From positions 1-16,991 of the forward strand of contig JBJOKS010000052.1 of NCBI GenBank assembly GCA_046045965.1: a DNA stretch of 16,991 nt. Direction: 5' to 3'. The notes below the pieces were generated by a model. It did not search any database. It saw nothing but the letters and a program-made list of their open reading frames with translations, and was not told the DNA's origin. The position numbers and the translations under genes are program-made. Shown in pieces: positions 6,645-15,713 of the stretch (its first letter is position 1; every line of letters begins with the position of its first letter). Source of the stretch: Cyanobacteriota bacterium (GTDB taxonomy: Bacteria > Cyanobacteriota > Cyanobacteriia > Cyanobacteriales > Nostocaceae).

Positions 6645-6671
6645 TAGGGTTTAGCAATACTAAATCCCTAC
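6645..6671. repeat. REP-like palindrome
   Basis: TAGGGTTTAG-CAATA-CTAAATCCCTAC. Confidence 0.55.
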
Positions 6672-6754
6672 CAATAATCAATCATATCTATTATTAACAC
6701 CAGTTTTATACAATAACCATACAAAATCATCAAATTAATCAAAATCCCTTTTTC

Positions 6755-6784
6755 ATCCGCGTTTATCTGCGTTCATCTGCGTTC
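6755..6784. repeat. 10-bp tandem repeat (ATCTGCGTTC) x3
   Basis: ATCCGCGTTT ATCTGCGTTC ATCTGCGTTC. Confidence 0.75.
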
Positions 6785-6800
6785 TACTCTCAATATAGAA

Positions 6801-6884
6801 TGTAGGTTGGGTTGAGAAAACCCAACATTTATAAGATATTTATAATATTTTGTTGGGTTGCACTATCGCTTAACCCAACCTACA
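6801..6884. repeat. REPIN-like inverted doublet of GTAG REPs
   Basis: TGTAGGTTGGGTT..AACCCAACA, AT-rich spacer, TGTTGGGTT..AACCCAACCTACA; 13-bp perfect outer inverted repeat. Confidence 0.8.
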
Positions 6885-6925
6885 AAATATGATAAACTAA
6901 AACTAAAATCAGGAGGTTTTCAGCA

Positions 6926-7510
6926 ATGATGACATCTGAACCAGTAATTTTAAATATCAAAAATATTGGTTTAAGTGATGAACAATTTTTTCAACTCTGT
7001 CAAACTAACGAATGTTGGAAAATTGAACAAACAGCTAAAGATGAATTAATTATTCTCCCTGGTTCTAATTTAATTACTGGTAATAGAGAAGCGGAATTAA
7101 ATGGAAATTTGATGATTTGGAATCGTCAAAGTAAGCTAGGAAAAGTCTTTAGTTCTTCTACTATTTTCACTTTACCTAATGGTGGTAAACGTTCCCCTGA
7201 TGTCGCTTGGATAGTTAATGAACGTTGGGATGCTTTAAGCATTGAAGAACAAGAAAAATTCCCTAAAATTTGTCCTGATTTTGTCATAGAATTACGTTCT
7301 CGCACTGATTCTTTAACTCAATTACAGGAGAAAATGCAGGAATATCTTCATAGTGGTTTACGTTTAGGTTGGTTAATTGATCCGCAAAATCAACAAGTAG
7401 AAATTTATCGTCAAAATCAACCTGTAGAAATTCTATCATTACCGACATCTTTATCAGGAGAAGATGTTTTACCAGGATTTATTTTAGCACTACCTCTTTT
7501 CCATGATTAA
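6926..7510 (+). CDS. Uma2 family (DUF820) PD-(D/E)XK endonuclease-like protein
   Basis: RSPDVAW, CPDFVIELRS, LGWLIDP, LSGEDVLPGF motifs; SD AGGAGG at 6911-6916; extended -10 TGnTAAACT at 6890-6898. Confidence 0.95.
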   Translation: MMTSEPVILNIKNIGLSDEQFFQLCQTNECWKIEQTAKDELIILPGSNLITGNREAELNGNLMIWNRQSKLGKVFSSSTIFTLPNGGKRSPDVAWIVNERWDALSIEEQEKFPKICPDFVIELRSRTDSLTQLQEKMQEYLHSGLRLGWLIDPQNQQVEIYRQNQPVEILSLPTSLSGEDVLPGFILALPLFHD

Positions 7511-7537
7511 TAATACCAATTACCCATTACCAATTAT

Positions 7538-8107
7538 CTACTTTGTAATGCGATTTAGCATAAACAATGAAGCTACAAGCCCAGCAAAATGGGCTGATAT
7601 AGTGTTTACATTTGCTTGGACTACAAACATATCTAAACCGCTAATAAACGGTTGATTGCCTTGAGTCCCGAATAAAAACTGGGTTTGGGTAATTGCTCTG
7701 GCTGCTAAACTACCAACTATGGCCTGCGCTCCCAATAGTGTAAGGAGAATTCCTCCTAAATTTACCCATATTCCTAAGCGTAAGACTTGCACAGTCTCGC
7801 TTTTGCGAGGGCGGTTATTGGGATTGCTAGATTGGAGGTCTTTGGCAATTCTGGTGTACCGGAAAGCTAAAAAAATGCCCACACCCAAGGTAATTAGTCC
7901 GCAAATTGCTAAAAAAAGGCCAAATCCAGTTCCTGGATTGTTCGCTGGGCTTCCTGGTCTTTGACTGGAAATAGCATATAACAGTAAAATTACCCCAGAA
8001 ATTACGCCTAGTACCAGTTGAATCCAGAAACTAATCCAACCAGCGAGTCGAAACTTTTGGGCGATCGCGCGAATATTAGAGGATGGGGTTTCCGAGTTTT
8101 GTGACAT
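7538..8107 (-). CDS. DUF3611 family membrane protein (TIC21/PIC1-like)
   Basis: FRLAGWISFWIQLVLGVIS and LDMFVVQANVNTISAHF motifs; about four TM segments. Confidence 0.85.
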   Translation of the reverse strand: MSQNSETPSSNIRAIAQKFRLAGWISFWIQLVLGVISGVILLLYAISSQRPGSPANNPGTGFGLFLAICGLITLGVGIFLAFRYTRIAKDLQSSNPNNRPRKSETVQVLRLGIWVNLGGILLTLLGAQAIVGSLAARAITQTQFLFGTQGNQPFISGLDMFVVQANVNTISAHFAGLVASLFMLNRITK

Positions 8108-8250
8108 AAGGGACTGGGGATAAATTAATTAATAATTAATAATTAAAAATTAAAAATTCCAAAGAATTTCTATTTGCGGATTTTTGTGGGTTAATTCCAG
8201 AATAATTGATAATGAATAAGTCAGATCAAGTCAAAAAGTAAAAATTCATT

Positions 8251-8781
8251 ATGGATACTGCTATTGTTCCATCTACTTTCCTACTAACTTTGTTGTTATC
8301 AGTTGGTTTATTTTTCTTTATTCGCGCTTCTACTAAAGACCGCACAGAAAAAGCGCAATTAGTCTCGGAGCAAGATGAAGCTAGTTTGATGACTCAACTC
8401 AAGGAGTATTTTCGCTCTCGTTCCTACCGTGTTATATCTGTAGACCCAGAAAAAAATCAAGTCACTTTTGAAGGGTTTGTCAGTCCTAGCTGGTTTTTAG
8501 CTGTCTTTTTGACTGTTTTAGCAGCCGTTGGTTTTGCTTGTCTATCTCTAGTTTTATCTCAGCTTCTTTCCAGTCAAAGTCCGTTTTTGCTGGCTTTAGT
8601 CCTGTTATCTCCCTTAAGTGGTATATTTTATTGGCAAAAAGCTGGGAGAATTGAGAAAGTGTCACTCAAAATGGAAGCAATCCCAAATGAACAACACTCC
8701 TCAAGTATGATTACTGTTGTTGCCCATCGTGATGAACTCGCTGAGTTACAGAAGGCTTTACAGTTAAAGATGCTTGATTGA
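8251..8781 (+). CDS. ccb1: Cofactor assembly of complex C subunit B (CCB1-like; cytochrome b6 heme ci maturation)
   Basis: STFLLTLLLSVGLFFFIRASTKDR, FEGFVSPS, FYWQKAGR.E, AHRDEL motifs. Confidence 0.85.
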   Translation: MDTAIVPSTFLLTLLLSVGLFFFIRASTKDRTEKAQLVSEQDEASLMTQLKEYFRSRSYRVISVDPEKNQVTFEGFVSPSWFLAVFLTVLAAVGFACLSLVLSQLLSSQSPFLLALVLLSPLSGIFYWQKAGRIEKVSLKMEAIPNEQHSSSMITVVAHRDELAELQKALQLKMLD

Positions 8782-8804
8782 ACCTTGGTTCCTATTCCAA
8801 GGTT
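8781..8804 (+). terminator. Hairpin immediately after the ccb1 stop
   Basis: AACCTTGG-TTCCTATT-CCAAGGTT; no clear U-tract. Confidence 0.4.
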
Positions 8805-9266
8805 GGGAGAATCACGTCCTGATGATGAAGTGTATATTTGTCTATGCATTGGGCGAAGTTTTACAATACTTCTGACTGACTTTTGAGGAAAGGGAACAGT
8901 AGGGAGGAGGCAGAACAAATCTAATGTTGGCAGTTTTGCTGACGATTTCTGTCATCGGCAAAATTCAAATCTAAACCCGCTGACAGATCATTATGACGAG
9001 TTAAGCCAGTATAATCGTAGCAAGACGGTATTCTATGTGCTTGATTTTGTTGCTACTCCCTGCTGTATTAGCAGTATAGAAATCAACTTATGCAAACCTA
9101 TGTTGCACAGAGTTGATGATCTAAATTAGATCAGCTCTACTGACAGTTCAGCTACAAACTTAAAAAAAATTGAATTTTTGCATAAACTGATCAATTTTGC
9201 CAGTTAATTAATGTCAGAGTCAGAAGTAAGAAATCAGATTCAATGCGTAAGAGATCATTTTAGATG

Positions 9267-9584
9267 TTAACGACTAGCCACAGTCACTAATTCTTGACCA
9301 GCAGGAGCTTCCAAAACTCTCAAGCTGGGGAATAAGAAATGATTTTCTTCTACGTATTGAGCGCCAAACAGACCTTTTTCCGCCCAGAAATAACGGTCTG
9401 TGGTGTGTTCGTTCCGTTTTACAAGTAGCAAGGCAGGAGGCAAAATACCTTCAGCTTGAATGAATTTTCTCGCTGCTGTCACAGGTTTATCTTCGCCACT
9501 TTCGATGCTGTACTGAGGCACGTGTTCTAAAATCCGTCGTCCTTCTTGACGACGACGACTTTTCCGTTTACGTCTCCTTGCCAA
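9267..9584 (-). CDS. DUF3155 family conserved cyanobacterial protein
   Basis: ARRRKRKSRRRQEGRRILE...RNEHTTDRYFWAEKGLFGAQY. Likely start is TTG at 9584 with SD GAGGAGGA upstream, not 9605. Confidence 0.85.
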   Translation of the reverse strand: MARRRKRKSRRRQEGRRILEHVPQYSIESGEDKPVTAARKFIQAEGILPPALLLVKRNEHTTDRYFWAEKGLFGAQYVEENHFLFPSLRVLEAPAGQELVTVASR

Positions 9585-9903
9585 CCTATTGTCCTCCTCT
9601 TTCAAGCTATAAGATTGTAGTCATAGCTACAAAACCCGTCGTAATTATATAAGTTATAGTTGAAAAAATCAATGGTTTTTAACCTTTTGATACAACTGAA
9701 GTCATCTCTTTGTACTTTAGAGAAATTATCAGTAGCTAAGTAGCGAGTGCAGTCCAGTAAAAATCACTAGATAGTAGGAAATAGACAAAAAAATAGTTGA
9801 TGTGATGAGCATTTCCAAATCCTGTCTCTGACACCGTATTTTTTGGATGTAAAAAGATCATTTCCCAGAATTAAAGCATTGAGGAATTAGGACTTAGAAT
9901 ATT

Positions 9904-9983
9904 TACAGCAGAATATGGCTTACGCCATACAGAACTTCGTACATACTGAAAGCCTTCTTTCCTGTTCCCTGTTCCCTGCTATA
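9904..9983. repeat. Small TA-bounded inverted-end element with TTCCCTG heptamers
   Basis: TACAGCAG ... CTGCTATA ends; TTCCCTG-type repeats at 9958-9978. Confidence 0.4.
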
Positions 9984-10065
9984 AGCTGGATATTGAGATT
10001 ATAAAAAATTTATCACCTTTTCTATTTTTCCCTGCTAGTCCATAATCATGAGCAAGAGCTAAAAA

Positions 10066-11424
10066 ATGCTAATGTCTGCCAGTTCTGATTTTATTGCTCT
10101 GTGCCGAGAGCAAATATCTCTGTTAACCCAAGGACTGGGAGCGTCTTTGAGTGTTGTCTACTTAACGCAAGAATTAGTGGATAGTCCCACAGGTGAGGCG
10201 CAATTAATTCCTGTGGTGGTTTACCCAGAGACGGTAAGATTAAAGCACAAAGAGCAACTAGCCCAGGGGATAGTCAACAAGCAAATCAAATTTGGTAGCT
10301 TTTTGGCATTACCAAAGCACCGAGAAAAGTTATTGACAGCAGGATCAGAAACTGATCCCTCATCCCAAGAGTCAGAAAGTAGAAATACAGCCCCACCAAA
10401 TTTAGAAGATGAATATATATTCAGTGGTAATCAAATTGTTTTACCTCTGATTTATGAAGGTGTGATGATGGGGTTATTGGTGACAGGAAGGGAAGATCGA
10501 GCCTGGAATGAAAGGGAAGAGGGCGAAATTCAGCGCATAGCCACAACTCTAGCGATCGCTTGCATTTTAGACCAGCGTCGGGCTTGGTTACAGCAACAGT
10601 TACATCAACAGCAAGTTCTGCAAGAACAACAACGGGATTTACTGGATAATCTTTTACACCAGTTTCGCAACCCCTTAACAGCTATCCGCACTTTTGGTAA
10701 ACTACTGTTTAAGCGACTGCGACCAACAGATCCTAATCAAAGTGTAGCGACTAGTATAGTGCGGGAGAGCGATCGCCTCCAAGAATTGCTGCAACAGTTT
10801 GATCAAGTCATAGACTTAACTGATGCAGATTTAACACCAATTCCCCTCCCAGAATCTCAGGTAGTTGTGGAAGCATCTGTGCAGAAAGCAGCCAAACCAC
10901 CCCTATTATTGCCAGGAACAGGGGAAAATGTGACTAATTGCAATTTAATAGATTTATTAGTACCATTATTAATCTCTGCTCAAGCTATAGCCCAAGAACG
11001 AAATCTGGAATTAATAGCAGATATTCCGGAAAATTTACCGTTAGTAAGAGCTAATATCAAAGCATTACGAGAAGTTTTGAGTAATATTATTGATAACGCT
11101 TTGAAATATACCCCCGCTGGGGGGAAAATTTGGATTCAAGCCGGACTCCAAAAAGCTAATTTTCAAGGTATAGCTATTAGTGATACAGGTCCTGGTATTC
11201 CAGCAGCAGATTTAGAGCATTTAGGGGAAAGACATTACCGGGGTGTACAAGCACAAACAGAAATTCCCGGTACTGGTTTAGGAATTGCGATCGCCAAACA
11301 ATTGATAGCACAAATGCAGGGAGAAATTGAAGTTTTCAGCCCTGCATTTAACTCCAACATTACTTCAATTCAACAACCAGGAACTACCTTTATTATTTGG
11401 TTGCCTGAAGTTAAAGATTGGTAA
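10066..11424 (+). CDS. hik2: GAF-domain sensor histidine kinase (Hik2/CSK-like)
   Basis: N-terminal SSDFIALCREQ with conserved Cys, GAF-like region, H-box LLHQFRNPLTAIRTFGKLL, N-box NIIDNALKYT, G1 DTGPGI, G2 GTGLGIAIA. Confidence 0.85.
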   Translation: MLMSASSDFIALCREQISLLTQGLGASLSVVYLTQELVDSPTGEAQLIPVVVYPETVRLKHKEQLAQGIVNKQIKFGSFLALPKHREKLLTAGSETDPSSQESESRNTAPPNLEDEYIFSGNQIVLPLIYEGVMMGLLVTGREDRAWNEREEGEIQRIATTLAIACILDQRRAWLQQQLHQQQVLQEQQRDLLDNLLHQFRNPLTAIRTFGKLLFKRLRPTDPNQSVATSIVRESDRLQELLQQFDQVIDLTDADLTPIPLPESQVVVEASVQKAAKPPLLLPGTGENVTNCNLIDLLVPLLISAQAIAQERNLELIADIPENLPLVRANIKALREVLSNIIDNALKYTPAGGKIWIQAGLQKANFQGIAISDTGPGIPAADLEHLGERHYRGVQAQTEIPGTGLGIAIAKQLIAQMQGEIEVFSPAFNSNITSIQQPGTTFIIWLPEVKDW

Positions 11425-11434
11425 TTGGTAATTC

Positions 11435-11502
11435 AATTTTGGATTTTGGATTTTGGATTTTGTTAACTCCAATCTAAAATCTAAAATCTAAAATCTAAAA
11501 TT
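11435..11502. repeat. Inverted heptamer STRR arrays between convergent genes (probable bidirectional terminator)
   Basis: (TTTTGGA)x3 facing (TCTAAAA)x4. Confidence 0.8.
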
Positions 11503-11530
11503 TTTCTCCCCAGTCCCCAGTTACCAGTCA

Positions 11531-12772
11531 CTATTGCAGAGAAATTAACAGATTTTGATTAATTGTCATTTCTAAATCTGTGTTAGGTTCAATAGCAATT
11601 AAATCTACACTATTCCTACCAAAGAAAAGACCAATCAGCGCCCCAATACCAGCACCTCCCAGAATTTCTTCTGTAGCAATAGCGCGATCGCCTGTTACCG
11701 CAGACACCGCCGCCGCTGCTCCTGCTCCTAATACAGTATTTCTGATAATTGAACTGGTGCTAGTCCCTTTTCTGACAGTTTCGGTTTTGGTGATCACATC
11801 AGAACTAGCAATAATGTTATATTCTTTACCATTTGTCAAAATTAATTTTTGAGCCACAAATTGAGAACCACCTTGCGCCGGTCTAAGTTCACCGATCACC
11901 TGACTACCAGCAGGAATTACCACTGTTCCATCTTGAGTAATTACACTTTGTGATGTTGTCAAAGTTAAAGGTGCAGTTTCATCTTTAGTCACGAGAATCT
12001 TTTCTGCCTTTTCATACTTGACAGGAATAATAGTTCCTTGAGGAATGGTGACATTTGTAACTGGTTGTGGAATGGGTTGAAGAGAGACAACATAAGGTGA
12101 ATTAATTGCAGCGGCCTGATTAGCACTAACCAGTGCTTGATAGATAAAAGCCGCTACCTGCGCTCTGGTAGCAGTTACACCGGGATTAAGAAATTTAACA
12201 TTAGGATAGTTGACTACAATTCTTCTCTCAGTGGCCGCAGCAATGGGAGTGCGGGCATAGTCGGAGATACCAGCAGAATCATTGTAGTATTGTAGAGTGC
12301 TTTCCACATTACCACCAGCAGCATATTCCAAACCGTTAGCCAGGGAAACTAAAACTTGTTCACGGGGAATAGCTTGGTTAGGTCTAAAGACATTGCCTGG
12401 ATATCCAGACAAGAAACCGATAGCGTAAGATTGTCTAATGGCGTTGTATGCCCAAAAATTACTGGGGACATCATTAAAATTGATTGGTTGCCGTTGTGCA
12501 GACTTGCTAAAAGCCTTATTAATCATCGCCGCAAACTGAGCGCGTGTCACCGGTTCTTCGGGACGAAATGTACCATCAGGAAATCCCGCAATTACACCCC
12601 GTTGTGATAATTGTTGAATAAATTGTGATGCCCAGTAGTTAGATGAAACATCCGAAAAACTCGTTTGTGCTAAGGACGGAGTAGTAGTCATCAAGGGTGC
12701 TACAGTACCGACTGTAACACTTAAAGCCATAAATAAGGCTGTTTGTGATTTCAATCCATTTAAACTTAACAT
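11531..12772 (-). CDS. S-layer homology (SLH) domain protein
   Basis: Signal peptide, three SLH repeats (FSDV..NYWA..I, GFPDGTFRPEEPVTRAQFA, GYPGNVFRPNQAIPREQ, ATRAQVAAF), C-terminal glycine-zipper domain. Confidence 0.92.
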   Translation of the reverse strand: MLSLNGLKSQTALFMALSVTVGTVAPLMTTTPSLAQTSFSDVSSNYWASQFIQQLSQRGVIAGFPDGTFRPEEPVTRAQFAAMINKAFSKSAQRQPINFNDVPSNFWAYNAIRQSYAIGFLSGYPGNVFRPNQAIPREQVLVSLANGLEYAAGGNVESTLQYYNDSAGISDYARTPIAAATERRIVVNYPNVKFLNPGVTATRAQVAAFIYQALVSANQAAAINSPYVVSLQPIPQPVTNVTIPQGTIIPVKYEKAEKILVTKDETAPLTLTTSQSVITQDGTVVIPAGSQVIGELRPAQGGSQFVAQKLILTNGKEYNIIASSDVITKTETVRKGTSTSSIIRNTVLGAGAAAAVSAVTGDRAIATEEILGGAGIGALIGLFFGRNSVDLIAIEPNTDLEMTINQNLLISLQ

Positions 12773-12941
12773 TGCATTTACTCCTGTAAAAATTATTTGT
12801 TCTTTTTGTTAACTACTCTGTTAACTACCTAGACAATTTTGACATTAAACAGTTCCCTATGTTTTTCAGATTTTGTCAATAGTTTTACTGGTAGTATTCC
12901 TTTCGGTGATCCAAAATAAATTAGTACAATAATATAATAAT

Positions 12942-12974
12942 AGATACCCCACTTATCAAAGTAGCAGGGTATCT
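12942..12974. terminator. Imperfect palindrome downstream of the 13025 gene
   Basis: AGATACCC ... GGGTATCT with inner ACTT/AAGT. Confidence 0.4.
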
Positions 12975-13024
12975 GAGAGAAAATATTGCCAATCACAGTC
13001 ACGACTTCTTCAATTAAGTTAAGT

Positions 13025-13711
13025 CTAATTACGAGATAGTACCAAATCTGACCCTAGTGTGATAGCTAAATCGTTGTCTGGTCGCAGAACGAAGACATCA
13101 ACTTGGTTTTTTCGCAACAGTACACTGGCTAAAGCACCCGCAGCAGCACCACCAACAGGTTCTAAAACCTCAATTCTCCTGTTACCTGTCAGCAGTGAAA
13201 TCACAGTAGCAGCACCAGCACCTATGGCAGCATCTGTTAATACCCGTCCAGTATCCGTTCCCTGGGAAATTCTTTCAGTTTGGGTGATAGTTTTAGAATT
13301 AGCATTAATCTGCTGCCGTCTCCCAGAGGAAAATACTAATTCTCTGGCTACAAAACGTACACCTTGTTTATTGTCACTGCTACTCAGGTTAACTGGTTCT
13401 AGCTCCCCTACCACCTCAGTATTAGCTTGAATCAAAACATTTCTGTTACTGTCGATAATATCATTAGCTATTCTCAGGGTCAAAGGTAATCTTTCTCCAG
13501 GATTAACAATTACTTTCTCTTTTTCATAGGTAACAGGTAAGGTGACATTTGCCGGAATAGTAATTGTTCGAGGTTGGCCAATATTGAATTGTGCTTGAGC
13601 AGGAGCAAAGGTCAATAAAGGGGTGACAGCACCTGTAGTAATAGCTATTGTCATCAGTGCAGCAGTGCTAGACTGCCAACGCATAAGACTTCTCATATAT
13701 GATATTTCCAA
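13025..13711 (-). CDS. Exported envelope protein, paralog of the C-terminal domain of the adjacent SLH protein
   Basis: Signal peptide; TIPANVTLPVTYEKEK..PLTL, GEL.P, FVA, GAGAATVIS..TG.R.I, GGA..GAL align with 11531-12772. True start may be a later ATG. Confidence 0.85.
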   Translation of the reverse strand: MEISYMRSLMRWQSSTAALMTIAITTGAVTPLLTFAPAQAQFNIGQPRTITIPANVTLPVTYEKEKVIVNPGERLPLTLRIANDIIDSNRNVLIQANTEVVGELEPVNLSSSDNKQGVRFVARELVFSSGRRQQINANSKTITQTERISQGTDTGRVLTDAAIGAGAATVISLLTGNRRIEVLEPVGGAAAGALASVLLRKNQVDVFVLRPDNDLAITLGSDLVLSRN

Positions 13712-13788
13712 TGATGTGGATAGATTTGATGACGTGGCTTTAATGGGATAGTTTCTTTAGTTATCAGTTGTCAGTTTTATCTCGTTAT

Positions 13789-13895
13789 CTCGTTCCCAGT
13801 CTCCGACTGGGAATGCCATCATAGAGGCTCTGACTCTGATTTAATAAAAAGCAGAGTCTTCTGGAATTCATTACCATACTCTGTATGGAAACCAG
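13789..13895. repeat. Degenerate palindromic dispersed repeat
   Basis: CTCGTTCCCAGTCTCCGACTGGGAATG hairpin on the left; decayed inverse CATTACCATACTCTGTATGGAAACCAG on the right; inner GACTCTG/CAGAGTC. Confidence 0.6.
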
Positions 13896-13917
13896 AAACA
13901 GCTACTTATTTCCAAAC

Positions 13918-13940
13918 AAAAACCCGCCCAAGGGCGGGTT
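13918..13940 (-). terminator. Intrinsic terminator of the porin gene
   Basis: AACCCGCCC-AA-GGGCGGGTT, followed by a T-run on the minus strand. Confidence 0.8.
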
Positions 13941-13993
13941 AAAATTTGTAGGATTAATTAAACACCTACTATGCGGCTAACTCATCACTCAAA

Positions 13994-15583
13994 TTAGAAG
14001 CTGAAGGTAGTACGCACAGTACCTACTACTATGGTGTTGTTGTTATTGTTGTTTTCAGGATTGAAGATTACCAACACACCAGGGGTAATGAGAATATTGT
14101 CAGACAACTTCATCTTGTACAGACCTTCTAGGTGATAAGAAGTACCGCTTTCTCCACCCAGGTCTACGTTACCAACAGTACGGTCAGTAACTCTGGGTGG
14201 TTGACCGAAGATTAAACCCAAAGTATTACCTTTTGCACCAATGTCTTTGATACCTAAAGTAGCTGCCCAGTACCAAATACTAGCATTATCGGAAGTTGTT
14301 GTTGATTCTACGTCAGAAAAGCCTCCCCAACCGCCAAGTGTGATTTTCTCACTGGGTTTAAAGCTAAATTGCAAACCGTAGTTGTTTAAAGTGGTAGGTT
14401 GACCTGGACCAAATGGTCTGTTAGCAACTTCACTACCAGTGCTATCAAAGATCCGCTCACCAGAACCATAGTAACTACGTACATAAGTTAAACCAACACC
14501 AAACTTATTGTTGGGTTTGAATTCTAATTGAGCCAGTGCTGCATAGTTACCATCAAATAAGCCTTCACCAGAGGTAGGATCATTGGCTTCGTCTGCTAAG
14601 TAACCAACACCAAAGCTAATGGGTCCTTTAGCATTAAACTGCACATTTAAACCAGCTTGACCACTTTGGCGATAGATAGGGCTGAAACGACCATAGCGAG
14701 ATAAAGCACCAGTACCACTACTTCTAAAGTCTGGGTTAAAGGTATTGAAAAAGTCGAAGAAGTCTCCACCTACAGCGTCAACTTTGACTCTAATATTGTT
14801 GCCTACGTTAAAGGCATAGTTCAATTGGTCAACTTCAACAAAGTTGCCGGTATCACCATCAATGCCGAGACGGGTCTGCCTTGTACCCGTTACAGCTTGA
14901 TTTTGGACTATATTACGAGCATTTAAACGTACTTCCAATCTATCAGTACCTGTGAAGCTGCTTTCTAAAGTCAAGCGCACCCGGTCAGAGAAAGTTGTAT
15001 TTTCCACTATGTCTCCACCATCTCCTGCTGGACCACCAACAGCACTAGACAGGGCAAAAATAGCTTCACCCTTCAGCTTGGTGGTGGTGGAAAACTGGTT
15101 TGCTTCTAATTCAGAAGTACGAGCTTCTAGAGCATCTACGCGACCACGCAGAGTTGCTAATTCAGCAGAAAATTCTTCTTGTAACCGTTGCAAGGTAGCT
15201 AAATCTTCTCTGTTTACCAAGTCAGCGGTAGCTGTAGCGATCAATTCGTTAACTCGGTCTAAACAAGCATTCAAACCAGCTGCAAATTCATACCGAGTCA
15301 AAGCACGATTACCACGGTATGTACCATTAGGATAACCTGCAATACAACCGTAACGCTCAACTAAAGACTGTAAAGCTTGGAACGCCCAGTCTGATGGTTG
15401 CACATCGGAAAACTGAGAAACGGATGTTACCTGACCGATGCTATTAGTTTCTTGGGACAAACTAGCAACGCTGGTTGCTTGTTCATTAATTTCAACTTCA
15501 GCAGCAATAGCACTGTTAGCAGACAGCAAAGTAGCTGCAATAGCTGGACTTACCTTCAGAACATTCCAAAATGATTTTGTCAT
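13994..15583 (-). CDS. Cyanobacterial outer-membrane porin (SLH + OprB-like barrel; SomA/iron-uptake porin family)
   Basis: QVTSVSQFSDVQPSDWAFQALQSLVERYGCIAGYP, LTRYEFAAGLNACLD, QFSTTTKLKGEAIF, C-terminal RTTFSF. ATG at 15583 preferred over GTG at 15601. Confidence 0.95.
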   Translation of the reverse strand: MTKSFWNVLKVSPAIAATLLSANSAIAAEVEINEQATSVASLSQETNSIGQVTSVSQFSDVQPSDWAFQALQSLVERYGCIAGYPNGTYRGNRALTRYEFAAGLNACLDRVNELIATATADLVNREDLATLQRLQEEFSAELATLRGRVDALEARTSELEANQFSTTTKLKGEAIFALSSAVGGPAGDGGDIVENTTFSDRVRLTLESSFTGTDRLEVRLNARNIVQNQAVTGTRQTRLGIDGDTGNFVEVDQLNYAFNVGNNIRVKVDAVGGDFFDFFNTFNPDFRSSGTGALSRYGRFSPIYRQSGQAGLNVQFNAKGPISFGVGYLADEANDPTSGEGLFDGNYAALAQLEFKPNNKFGVGLTYVRSYYGSGERIFDSTGSEVANRPFGPGQPTTLNNYGLQFSFKPSEKITLGGWGGFSDVESTTTSDNASIWYWAATLGIKDIGAKGNTLGLIFGQPPRVTDRTVGNVDLGGESGTSYHLEGLYKMKLSDNILITPGVLVIFNPENNNNNNTIVVGTVRTTFSF

Positions 15584-15596
15584 GTTTATACTCTCA

Positions 15597-15604
15597 CTCA
15601 CACC
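15597..15604 (-). promoter_or_regulatory. Putative Yfr1 sRNA target site in the porin 5' UTR
   Basis: GGTGTGAG 13 nt upstream of the ATG; complementary to the CUCACAC part of the conserved Yfr1 motif ACUCCUCACAC. Confidence 0.6.
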
Positions 15605-15713
15605 TAAACGAATTCAAACTTATGATCAAATACTTTCCCTATTCAGGGAATTCACACATAAAATCCTCAGTAATCAATATACAGTATTCATGCTAGTTAG
15701 CACAAGCCCTATT

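Noticed and set aside
7719..7964. Plus-strand 81-aa ORF
   Set aside because: Antisense to DUF3611.
1..8060. Absence of HIP1 (GCGATCGC) as evidence of foreign origin; sites seen only at 8061, 10552, 10769, 11287, 11684
   Set aside because: Core genes serS and the porin also lack HIP1, so the counts are too low to discriminate.
8628..8918. Minus-strand 96-aa ORF
   Set aside because: Overlaps ccb1 antisense, non-ATG start, no recognisable motif.
13025..13711. Conjugation (TrbI/VirB10-like) gene implying a mobile element
   Set aside because: No other T4SS genes; the context is core envelope genes and the protein is a paralogue of the neighbouring SLH protein.
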